Shown one piece after another: positions 52,810 to 64,000 of a stretch of 64,000 bases of DNA. Within the stretch, counting starts at the first letter, position 1; every line of letters starts with the position of its first letter. The DNA is from Macrostomum lignano (Eukaryota). The notes beneath the pieces are model-generated. The model saw only the letters and a list, made by a program, of their open reading frames with translations. It was not told the DNA's origin and ran no database searches. The position numbers and the translations under genes were made by a program. Location: contig NIVC01000568.1 in the NCBI GenBank assembly GCA_002269645.1, positions 1-64,000 on the forward strand, given 5' to 3'.

Positions 52810-53180
52810 TCAGCAAGCCTGTAAGTCATTTAGTAAGCCGATGAGTCATTCAGTAAGCCAGTAAGTCATATAGTAAACTTGTAAGTCATATAGTAAGCCT
52901 GTAGGTCATTCAGTCAGCCAGTAAGTTATTCAGCAAGCCAGTAAGTCATTCAGTCAGCCAGTAAATCATTCAGTCAGCCAGTAGGTCATTCAGTCAGCCA
53001 GTAAGTTATTCAGCAAGCCAGTAAGTCATTCAGTCAGCCAGTAAGTCATTCAGTCAGCCAGTAAGTCATTCAGTCAGCCAGTAAGTTATTCAGCAAGCCA
53101 GTAGGTCATTCAGTCAGCCAGTAAGTCATTCAGCAAGCCAGTAAGTCATTCAGTCAGCCAGTAAGTCATTCAGTAAGCCG
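52810..53180. repeat. 20-bp minisatellite (gtaagtcattcagtcagcca)
   Basis: Tandem array. Confidence 0.9.
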
Positions 53181-54084
53181 AATAATGCAGTCGCACTCAC
53201 CCATAGCAGGCTAGGGCATCTCGCTGCGTGGATGCTGCCAATCCCGCAGCTACTCGCCCTGTTTTCCAGTATACTGATGGCTGTTGTTGAACTTCTGCTG
53301 TGAATCAACCTACGGCAACGCAAAAGATTCAGACTGGAACCAGTTAGCTGAGGTATTTGGCGCTTTCGCTGGCCAGTTGTAAATTCCTTTAGTACTGGAC
53401 TGCTATCTCACACGAAAAGGCCAGAGAAACCTGGGGATACGGGCCCAGGAATCAAGAATTGGCTTCAGCTGGCCAAACCGCTGCTGCCTGCCGCTGCCAC
53501 TGCCGTAGCCATGCCGGGTCCGCGGAAGATCGAGGAGAGGAAGGCATCGGGAGGGGGCCACGTGGGAAAAATACAGGATCGCTGTAACGGGGGAGGGCAG
53601 AGAGAGCCAGCCAAAAGGGGGCTGCCGCCAATCCGGCCACCACCTCAGCTCCCTCCACTCCCAGCTTCATGCAAATTGGGAAACTGTCGCTGGTCTGAAC
53701 CGCGAGCGCACTGGGAGGGGGAATTGCCAGGATGGAAGAGGAACGGGAAGAAGGGATAGAAAAACGCAGACTAGCAGGAAGAGGAACTAGATTCGGGTTG
53801 GAATTTTCCCACAACACTTCTGCAGCAACTGTCACCTATTACCCCCTCACTAGTGAGCACCCAACTAGTTTGGCTGTCGATGGTTTTGGCAGGGTGAACC
53901 GGGTGGCAGAGTTATCAAAAATGATCTCCCAGAGCACTGCGTAGAGAGAGAGAGGAGAAAGTGTGCTGTTACTGAACAGTCACCCCCGATGCAGATGGGC
54001 TTTCTGATCTAAGTTTCGAAGCATATTTTTCCAATAACGAATGTTACATATTCTACCAGTCCTATTGGAGTTCTACGCTCGTAC

Positions 54085-55545
54085 AAGCCTGGTTCATCCG
54101 CTTTTATCTCAGTCAATTCTGGTCCATCCGCTTTTATCTCAGTCAATTCTGGTTCATCCGCTTTTATCTCAGTCAATTCTGGTCCATCCGCTTTTATCTC
54201 AGTCAATTCTGGTCCATCCGCTTTTATCTCAGTCAGTCAGTTCTGGTTCATCCGCTTTTATCTCAGTCAGTTCTGGTCCATCCGCTTTTATCTCAGTCAG
54301 TTCTGGTTCATCCGCTTTTATCTCAGTCAATTCTGGTTCATCCGCTTTTATCTCAGTCAGTTCTGGTTCATCCGCTTTTATCTCAGTCAGTTCTGGTTCA
54401 TCCGCTTTTATCTCAGTCAATTCTGGTCCATCCGCTTTTATCTCAGTCAATTCTGGTTCATCCGCTTTTATCTCAGTCAGTCAGTTCTGGTTCATCCGCT
54501 TTTATCTCAGTCAGTTCTGGTCCATCCGCTTTTATCTCAGTCAGTTCTGGTTCATCCGCTTTTATCTCAGTCAATTCTGGTTCATCCGCTTTTATCTCAG
54601 TCAGTTCTGGTTCATCCGCTTTTATCTCAGTCAGTTCTGGTTCATCCGCTTTTATCTCAGTCAGTCAGTTCTGGTTCATCCGCTTTTATCTCAGTCAGTT
54701 CTGGTCCATCCGCTTTTATCTCAGTCAGTTCTGGTTCATCCGCTTTTATCTCAGTCAATTCTGGTTCATCCGCTTTTATCTCAGTCAGTTCTGGTTCATC
54801 CGCTTTTATCTCAGTCAGTTCTGGTTCATCCGCTTTTATCTCAGTCAATTCTGGTCCATCCGCTTTTATCTCAGTCAATTCTGGTTCATCCGCTTTTATC
54901 TCAGTCAGTCAGTTCTGGTTCATCCGCTTTTATCTCAGTCAGTTCTGGTCCATCCGCTTTTATCTCAGTCAGTTCTGGTTCATCCGCTTTTATCTCAGTC
55001 AGTTCTGGTCCACCCGCTTTTATCTCAGTCAGTTCTGGTCCATCCGCTTTTATCTCAGTCAGTTCTGGTCCATCCGCTTTTATCTCAGTCAGTTCTGGTC
55101 CACCCGCTTTTATCTCAGTCAGTTCTGGTCCATCAGCTTTTATCTCAGTCAGTTCTGGTCCATCCGCTTTTATCTCAGTCAGTTCTGGTCCATCCGCTTT
55201 TATCTCAGTCAGTTCTGGTCCATCCGCTTTTATCTCAGTCAGTTCTGGTCCACCCGCTTTTATCTCAGTCAGTTCTGGTCCATCCGCTTTTATCTCAGTC
55301 AGTTCTGGTCCATCCGCTTTTATCTCAGTCAGTTCTGGTCCACCCGCTTTTATCTCAGTCAGTTCTGGTCCACCCGCTTTTATCTCAGTCAGTTCTGGTC
55401 CATCAGCTTTTATCTCAGTCAGTTCTGGTCCATCCGCTTTTATCTCAGTCAGTTCTGGTTCATCCGCTTTTATCTCAGTCAGTTCTGGTCCATCCGCTTT
55501 TATCTCAGTCAGTCAGTTCTGGTTCATCCGCTTTTATCTCAATCA
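54085..55545. repeat. 30-bp minisatellite (ttctggtccatccgcttttatctcagtcag)
   Basis: Direct tandem array with occasional tcag insertions. Confidence 0.95.
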
Positions 55546-57424
55546 GTCGTAAAGTTCGTATAAGTTAAAATTATGATAGTCCTTTTGACAATGCTATGAC
55601 AACCATACGATTTACAATTAGTGCACATGTACTTTCTGAACAATGGATCTTCAGTCAGGCAGCTTTAGTCTACAATTTACAGGCTTAGTGTAGGGAAGTT
55701 AGGCATTAACTTGGCCCTCCAAATTTATTTTTAGATAATTTCTCTTAATTAAACTGCGTCGAATCCGACCAAGTGGCTCCAGATCGCGACTAGACCTGCA
55801 AGTCCGCAATGCGGGACTGACTTCGGAATCAAAGCAACGACCGACCAGTGGGGTGGAGCGCTTTGCTTCGGTGAATAGGACGAGCGGCCGATTTCTATGA
55901 AAAAATGGGGGGGGGAATGGGAAGCGCGTCCTAACCGCTCCAAGTCTTGCCTTCGCCGACATGGACCGCCGGTGGGAGTCCTAGGTTAAGTGGAGAGAGA
56001 GAGAAAGATAGATGGACACAGAGTGCTGAGAGCGCGGCTCACTGGGTCAACACAACTCCCCACATGAGAGAGAGAGAGATTAGCGGGCCTCTACTTTGTC
56101 CAGAGAGCTCCGCATCTGCATCGCAAACTTTTTTCGGGGCAATCCCAGTTGGCGCCATAAGCACTGTGCGGAGTGCCGCGGCCCGGGCCCTATTATATTC
56201 AATCAGTCAGTCGCAAAAGAGCGCTGTGAAGGGCTGGGAGGATGGCGAGACACGAAAGCGAAGTCCTAGGGGAGTGGCGCAGAGACTGGATGCTTTTTGT
56301 TCAAAGGGAGCCGGGAGAAAAAAGTAGGCAGAGAGAATTATGAAGGGGAACTGACTGATCGTGGCCAGAGTTGAGGAACTTGCACTGCATCGGGGGGGGG
56401 GGGGCTGATGAAGAGAAACCGTCCTTCTGACTCCGGCCTGACGAAGGCTTCGGATTCACGCCTCCGTCTCTCTTTCCATCCCGCGGTAGGGAACCCTGTC
56501 TTTCACTCTAATTGCTTAGGTAAAGAAATTACGACCAGGCATAATAACGGAAGAAGAGCGACAGGGATAGTTCATCCCAGACAGACACGGATACCCGGCA
56601 TTTGTCGAGCTTCCCGAGAAAAGCCGAAAGTCCTATGCTGAAAGCATTACACTATTCTGTGTACGAGTCGTAGAATATTGCTTCGGGCTGGCTGGCCTGG
56701 AAGTAAAACGCCGAACTAAAGGTTTGACCAGGATGTCCCTGTGGTAGCAGCTGTCAGCTGAAGCCTGAAGCTGTTCATCTGGAAGCCAATAACTTTTCCC
56801 TTGTTAGAATTTTTTGAAGCTTCGAACACTTGGTGAAAGTTCTTGACTTCGCAGATGGTTGACATTTTTCGTTGGCTCTGGATTGCAGATGCATGCTTTT
56901 TTAAAGAGAACTTAAAAACAGCTGGGTTCAGAGCGCGTTGGTCTCTGAAGCTTTTGATTGCGTGAAAATTAAATCATGCGGTTCACTGAGAGATTTTAGA
57001 CTCCTGCGGCAATCTTCACCAAGTTTTATGGGAGCAGCGTGCCTCCACTATTTGATCTCTGATTAAGAAGTCCTTGAGTGTTGAGAACTTGAGCATTCGG
57101 CCGCTGATTTGAGTCGGGAGTACCAGGAAGTCCACTGGCTCTCCGGTTCACTGAACGCACAGACGCACAGGCCTAAGTGTGCTTGCGACGCCAACTGTAA
57201 AGTCTGAAGATGGTGGTTTTAGCTGAGCGAAAAAACGTGGTGCGATTTATATATTTGAGGTTGTAAAAGTGAATGCTACGACGATGTACATGAATTATTG
57301 ACCGCTTGCAACCCAAGATGTACATTTATGTGGGAACATAACTCCCCCAGTTAGAGCAAATCAATAATCTTGTTGCAAGGCAATAACTAATTAATTGACT
57401 ACATTGCACCTGCCAAGTCCAATA

Positions 57425-60093
57425 GGGCCAGGTGTGCAACCGACAGCTCAGCCGCAGCCATTGCGCGGCGCATCTGAAGGCTGCGTACGGCTGTTCAGTC
57501 CAAGGACTAGGGGGGGGGGGGTCGCCACACACCCTCAATTGCCCCAGCTAATGAGCTGGAACCCATTTTATACCTGGTTGAACTGAAGCAATGCAGAGTT
57601 AAGTGTCTTGCTCAAGGACACAAATTGTTCCCGTGGGATCACGAATCGAACCCCCGACCTTTCAGTCGTGAGAGTCCGACGCTCTAATCACTGGAGCTCT
57701 AATCACTGGAATTCTAATTACTGGAGCTCAAATCACTGGAGCTCTAATCACTGGAATTCTAATTACTGGAGCTCAAATCACTGGAGCTCTAATCACTGGA
57801 GCTCTAATCACTGGAGCTCTAATCACTGGAGCTCTAATCACTGGAGCTCTAATCACTAAAGCTCTAATCACTGGAGCTCTAATCACTGGAGCTCTAATCA
57901 CTGGAGCTCTAATCACTAAAGCTCTAATCACTGGAGCTCTAATCACTGGAGCTCTAATCACTAAAGCTCTAATCACTGGAGCTCTAATCACTGGAGCTCT
58001 AATCACTGGAACTCTAATCACTGGAGCTCTAATCACTGGAGCTCTAATCACTAAAGCTCTAATCACTGGAGCTCTAATCACTAAAGCTCTAATCACTGGA
58101 GCTCTAATCACTGGAGCTCTAATCACTGGAACTCTAATCACTGGAGCTCTAATCACTGGAACTCTAATCACTGGAGCTCTAATCACTGGAACTCTAATCA
58201 CTGGAGCTCTAATCACTAAAGCTCTAATCACTGGAGCTCTAATCACTAAAGCTCTAATCACTGGAGCTCTAATCACTGGAGCTCTAATCACTGGAGCTCT
58301 AATCACTGGAGCTCTAATCAATGGAGCTCTAATCAATGGAACTCTAATCACTGGAGCTCTAATCACTAAAGCTCTAATCACTGGAGCTCTAATCACTAAA
58401 GCTCTAATCACTGGAGCTCTAATCACTGGAGCTCTAATCACTAAAGCTCTAATCACTGGAGCTCTAATCACTGGAGCTCTAATCACTGGAACTCTAATCA
58501 CTGGAGCTCTAATCACTGGAGCTCTAATCACTGGAACTCTAATCACTGGAGCTCTAATCACTGGAACTCTAATCACTGGAGCTCTAATCACTGGAACTCT
58601 AATCACTGGAGCTCTAATCACTAAAGCTCTAATCACTGGAGCTCTAATCACTAAAGCTCTAATCACTGGAGCTCTAATCACTGGAGCTCTAATCACTGGA
58701 GCTCTAATCACTGGAGCTCTAATCAATGGAGCTCTAATCAATGGAACTCTAATCACTGGAGCTCTAATCACTAAAGCTCTAATCACTGGAGCTCTAATCA
58801 CTAAAGCTCTAATCACTGGAGCTCTAATCACTGGAGCTCTAATCACTGGAGCTCTAATCACTGGAGCTCTAATCACTGGAGCTCTAATCACTGGAACTCT
58901 AATCACTGGAGCTCTAATCACTGGAATTCTAATTACTGGAGCTCAAATCACTGGAGCTCTAATCACTGGAGCTCTAATCACTGGAGCTCTAATCACTGGA
59001 GCTCTAATCACTGGAGCTCTAATCACTAAAGCTCTAATCACTGGAGCTCTAATCACTGGAGCTCTAATCACTGGAGCTCTAATCACTGGAGCTCTAATCA
59101 CTGGAGCTCTAATCACTAAAGCTCTAATCACTGGAGCTCTAATCACTGGAGCTCTAATCACTAAAGCTCTAATCACTGGAGCTCTAATCACTGGAGCTCT
59201 AATCACTGGAACTCTAATCACTGGAGCTCTAATCACTGGAGCTCTAATCACTAAAGCTCTAATCACTGGAGCTCTAATCACTAAAGCTCTAATCACTGGA
59301 GCTCTAATCACTGGAGCTCTAATCACTGGAACTCTAATCACTGGAGCTCTAATCACTGGAACTCTAATCACTGGAGCTCTAATCACTGGAGCTCCAGTCA
59401 CTGGAGCTCTAATCACTAAAGCTCTAATCACTGGAGCTCTAATCACTAAAGCTCTAATCACTGGAGCTCTAATCACTGGAGCTCTAATCAATGGAGCTCT
59501 AATCACTGGAGCTCTAATCAATGGAGCTCTAATCAATGGAACTCTAATCACTGGAGCTCTAATCACTAAAGCTCTAATCACTGGAGCTCTAATCACTAAA
59601 GCTCTAATCACTGGAGCTCTAATCACTGGAGCTCTAATCACTGGAGCTCTAATCACTGGAACTCTAATCACTGGAGCTCTAATCACTGGAACTCTAATCA
59701 CTGGAGCTCTAATCACTAAAGCTCTAATCACTGGAGCTCTAATCACTAAAGCTCTAATCACTGGAGCTCTAATCACTGGAGCTCTAATCACTGGAGCTCT
59801 AATCACTGGAACTCTAATCACTGGAGCTCTAATCACTAAAGCTCTAATCACTGGAGCTCTAATCACTGGAGCTCTAATCACTAAAGCTCTAATCACTGGA
59901 GCTCTAATCACTAAAGCTCTAATCACTGGAGCTCTAATCACTGGAGCTCTAATCACTGGAGCTCTAATCACTGGAGCTCTAATCAATGGAGCTCTAATCA
60001 ATGGAGCTCTAATCCCTGGAGCTCTAATCACTGGAGCTCTAATCACTGGAGCTCCAGTCACTGGAGCTCTAATCACTGGAGCGCCCGACGCTC
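57425..60093 (-). mobile_element. tRNA-derived CORE-type SINE with an internally expanded A-box/D-arm array
   Basis: Minus strand reads gctccagtgattagagcg (A-box-like), ggttcgattc (B box, 57643-57652), then tgtgtccttgagcaagacacttaac...taaaatggg, which resembles the MIR CORE. Confidence 0.8.
57681..60082. repeat. 15-bp satellite (gagctctaatcactg), about 160 units
   Basis: Exact 15-nt periodicity with a few recurring variants (ctaaa, ggaact, caatg). Confidence 0.97.
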
Positions 60094-61024
60094 GTGTAGG
60101 CTGAAGCGGATGCAGCCGCCTGAACTGATTGACTTCCGCAATTGTCCCGTTCTGTCGGATGGAGACAAAATGGTCTTTAAAATCGTTATAGTTTAGAGTA
60201 AACCCTACTTCTAGTAGTTGGTTAAGTAAAAGAATGGAATATTAGCTATATTATGGATACTTTCTGTGTTTCCAGTAGCATTCTGTGTCCGCTAATATCT
60301 ACCTTAGCGAATATCTGTCCATAATTTATGCATTCATTCACCTTCAATAATACCAGCTACAACCGTGTCCAGCTTTCAGATTTACTTCTACCCCACAGCT
60401 CCCGGATAGTGCAAAGGGCAGCAAAGGTATATTCTAATTGCTGCTGACGTCACTTACAACCTTCGTCCCTTTTTATTGAATGAATCACTGCAGTTTGCAA
60501 GACCGTCGTGCTTTTAATAATTCTACGATTGAATAGCCAAAGTTGCTCGTATTGAACAAAGTCGAAATTTATGTTCATATCGATTTTACTTTTATTATAT
60601 TCTTTTCCTTGACAATTCAGAAAAAAGGTTTTACATAAAATAATACATGCATTTGGTTTGCACAAGCAGAGTGCAATTCTACCTGGCATAATAATGTATA
60701 AATCAGTGCATATGAATTACGATTATGTCAGTTACTCAAAGATTTCTGCTTGTCTCTGTTTACTATTTAATCAATAATAAGCAGTTCTAAAGCTAAAAGA
60801 CATACCGTAATACCGCAAAAAGTATGAGAATATAGCTCATATCAGGCCAACAATAGCCGGGATGATACGCGCAGATAAACGTCCAGAACCCAACGCATAG
60901 ATGAGGAGCAGAAGGTAGCATGTAAAAAAGTGGCGCTCGCAAACTTGGAATACAGCACGATACGGTTAAAACAGAGACATGGTCAACAACGGATATCAGC
61001 TTGAGTTTTGAACTGAGTTAAAAA

Positions 61025-61645
<621 letters not shown>

Positions 61646-62619
61646 TTATATGGTCATCGAATAGTAGCCATATTAGTTTGCAATGTGAAACAGGTTAAGC
61701 ATACCTTTCTAATGCCCATAAGACTTTTCATAAGAGAGAAACCTTGTATATCCAAATTTGGAATGTGAAGAGAGAAAGAGAAAAAAACTGATAAATAGGC
61801 AAGATGTTGTAAACAGCTGAGCATATTGTCTGCTCAGCAACGGGAATGAGATGGAGAGCAAGAGGCCCCAGTGTTAGTTAGCAAAGCTAGGCAGAAGATA
61901 ACAAAAGCAGTTTTTTGTTTCAACAGCCCCTCTGCTTGTGTGATAAAAAGAGAATCATTTTTGCAGCACATTCTATCTAGATAACTATTGCATATCATTA
62001 CAAATTCAAATAGAACCCCAAACTCAGTCATTGCAGACGGATAGCTCATAATTATACAGGAAATCGTCAGCGCAAATTACCTCTCCCCCCACCACCACCG
62101 AATCGTTTGCATTCCCCTATCGTTCTTCTGAACTGCAGTTGCCTGTGCTGTTCTCTAGCTAAAAAATACAACTTTTTTAGACCAGGCCAAGCCCATGCAG
62201 TGTAGCAGTTTCAGGAAATTGATTCCGCGCGTGCTTCGGCTCTCGCAGACGAAGCTTTTAAATCCACTGGTCTGTCTTTCTGTCCCTGGCACTGTCTTCT
62301 ATTGACACAGAATGGGATCGACCAGCTCTCATCCAGCTATCTTATACTGTGCCAGCCGTTCTCTCCACTTTTTAATAGCTCGATTGCTAAAATGTCAAGC
62401 TAGCAACGGCTGCGCTCCGACTGGAATCTAAGAGCTAGGCTGCAACACAGTTCGGTACAGGTTAAGCCGCTATGGGGTGGGTTAGCGGCTGTCAGCTGTT
62501 TACCTCAGTATAGGCTCAGTATAGGTATAGGACCGACCCATGCAGGAAATGCTAAAGCAGATGAAAATGCATATTAAAAAAACTATGCCTGGAATATCAA
62601 TAATTGTTAAGTATCTCAC

Positions 62620-63115
62620 TGTGCAGCTCTTCTTTAACTTCGGTTAGCTCTGCGACAACTTTTGATGCCAAACAGTCCGCTTCGTCCATCGGCTCAGCTT
62701 TCTCTTGCAGCATTGGCTCTTGGTGCTGCTGTTGCTGTTGCTGTTGCTGCTGCTGTTGTTGCTGCTGCTGCTGTTGTTGAATAGTCTGCTGCTGCAGCCG
62801 CGGTGAAAGCAGGAAACAATAAGTCGGTTCATCCTCGAGCTTAGAAGTGGTAAAAAAGGCGCCAGGAGCGCCGCCGCCGAGCCTAGCGGCCTGGTGCGGC
62901 CCGCCCGGCGTATGCAGCGCGACCGGAGTCTTCAACTCGTCATCTGCGGCGAAAAAGTGCTGAGTTGTGGCTGGCGTCAGGCCGCAGGTTTTCGGCGTAT
63001 CGCCGCTGTGGAAGGTGTCGAAGACGCGAGCGCTTTCGTCAAGCGACTGTTGAGTCAGGCGTTCCAAATGTTCATGGCTGAAGCTGAATGCGCAGGACTG
63101 GATGTTCTCCATCAT
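62620..63115 (-). CDS. egr: EGR exon 1 (MMENIQSC..., includes a Q18 tract)
   Basis: gcgATGATGG start; donor a/GTGAGA in phase 1 joins exon 2 in frame, giving 369 aa. Confidence 0.75.
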
Positions 63116-63436
63116 CGCCAAAGGCGTGAGTGCTGCTAACCAGGTTGCCAGCTTGGTTCCTGTTGTGGTTAAACTGTGCTTTTGTATCGGCTGTAGCTCT
63201 CAGATCCTGACAGCGGAAGGGGAGGAGAGACGGCAGACTTGAATAGCCGTGGAATATGAGGACAATTGTGCCGGTAACCTTTAATATTGACAGTGCCGAA
63301 GAAGGATGCAGCCAGGTAGCCTATTTTCTCGCGCTTTTTTTCAACGTCTCAGTTGATACCGCGGGTTAAGTTATAACAGGCAGAAAAGCCACGGCTTGTG
63401 CGTGTCTTTAAGGTTTTATGAATGAATATCTGAATT

Positions 63437-63446
63437 CCATATTAGG
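63437..63446. promoter_or_regulatory. CArG box (SRF site) CCATATTAGG upstream of EGR
   Basis: Identical to the c-fos SRE core; about 320 nt upstream of the ATG. Confidence 0.55.
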
Positions 63447-63560
63447 AGGTTTTGCTTGCCAGCCAGTAAGAGCGCCACCAATGTTGGATAGAACTGGACG
63501 AGTGACAGAAAGGCAAGGCAGGGAAACAGTGTGAAGACATGGAGAGAGAGGAGTGGCTGA

Positions 63561-63570
63561 CCAAAAATAG
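63561..63570. promoter_or_regulatory. MEF2-like site CCAAAAATAG upstream of EGR
   Basis: Fits CYAAAAATAG. Confidence 0.4.
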
Positions 63571-63578
63571 CCAGAGGC

Positions 63579-63586
63579 TTACGTCA
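63579..63586. promoter_or_regulatory. CRE/ATF-like site TTACGTCA upstream of EGR
   Basis: One mismatch to TGACGTCA; 8 nt from the MEF2-like site. Confidence 0.4.
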
Positions 63587-63746
63587 AACAACTGAAGCAG
63601 CTCTGCGGGTTACGAAGCCGGGGGACGAAATTATTGAGGGTTTCAAAGAGCTGTACGTTTGTACAGTCAGCCGAGCGAGTGCACTAAGTATTGGCTCTCT
63701 CCCCGGAGTGTACTTTCTGTCTTCTGGTATTCTATCTTGCTCTTCA

Positions 63747-63785
<39 letters not shown>

Positions 63786-64000
63786 TTCTCTCTGTCATTT
63801 TGCTTGCACTGTGCTGGCGCTTGGGTGTCTTCTGATATGCCGGCTGGAAAGCTAGTACAGGCTTGATACGAGTGCAGAATGAGATTGATCTGGCCTGTAC
63901 CAGCCTGTGTAAGCTGTCCTGTCCTCTGCAACTCTGCTTCTCCTGCTCCCTGCTCTCAATTTTCCCGCTATTCCTTTCAACCGTCTCTCTCTCTCTCTCT

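Noticed and set aside
53452-53835. GC-rich ORFs on both strands as further exons
   Set aside because: No recognisable protein features or convincing phase-matched splice pair.
57440-57510. Self-cleaving ribozyme in the SINE body
   Set aside because: Stems are present, but no CUGANGA/GAAA hammerhead core or HDV-type pseudoknot could be assigned by eye.
57640-57700. Functional tRNA gene
   Set aside because: It has A/B-box-like motifs but no complete cloverleaf or acceptor stem, and it continues directly into the SINE CORE.
57773-60076. Long repetitive ORFs (IRAPV)n, and similar ORFs at 8228-8880, 17452-18199, 28594-29385, 34482-35164, 46441-46959, 54041-55552
   Set aside because: They are translations of tandem repeats that lack stop codons, with no splice or domain support.

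Overview
Eukaryotic, intron-containing, minisatellite-rich animal DNA. The conserved Kv1 N-terminus points to a lophotrochozoan; a flatworm such as Macrostomum is plausible but is my inference only. Four neuronal genes lie head-to-tail on the minus strand. (1) A canonical 24-repeat ankyrin (about 12526 to 750 or further left) with five single-base frameshifts and no ZU5 domain visible. (2) A 7-exon metabotropic glutamate receptor-like class C GPCR (31443-21699) whose ligand pocket lacks the conserved distal-carboxylate Lys. (3) A Shaker/Kv1 channel with an intronless core (45079-43457) and two candidate alternative 5' coding exons. (4) A 2-exon EGR zinc-finger factor (63115-61025) preceded by CArG, MEF2 and CRE-like motifs. 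One 4-exon plus-strand orphan gene (35352-37931) has a 23-nt microexon. The rest is minisatellites, MITE-like foldbacks, dispersed elements with expandable satellite cores, and two tRNA-derived CORE-type SINE copies. In one SINE the tRNA D-arm/A-box has amplified into a 2.4-kb, about 160-unit array. All exon boundaries were deduced by hand from GT-AG sites and phase matching.
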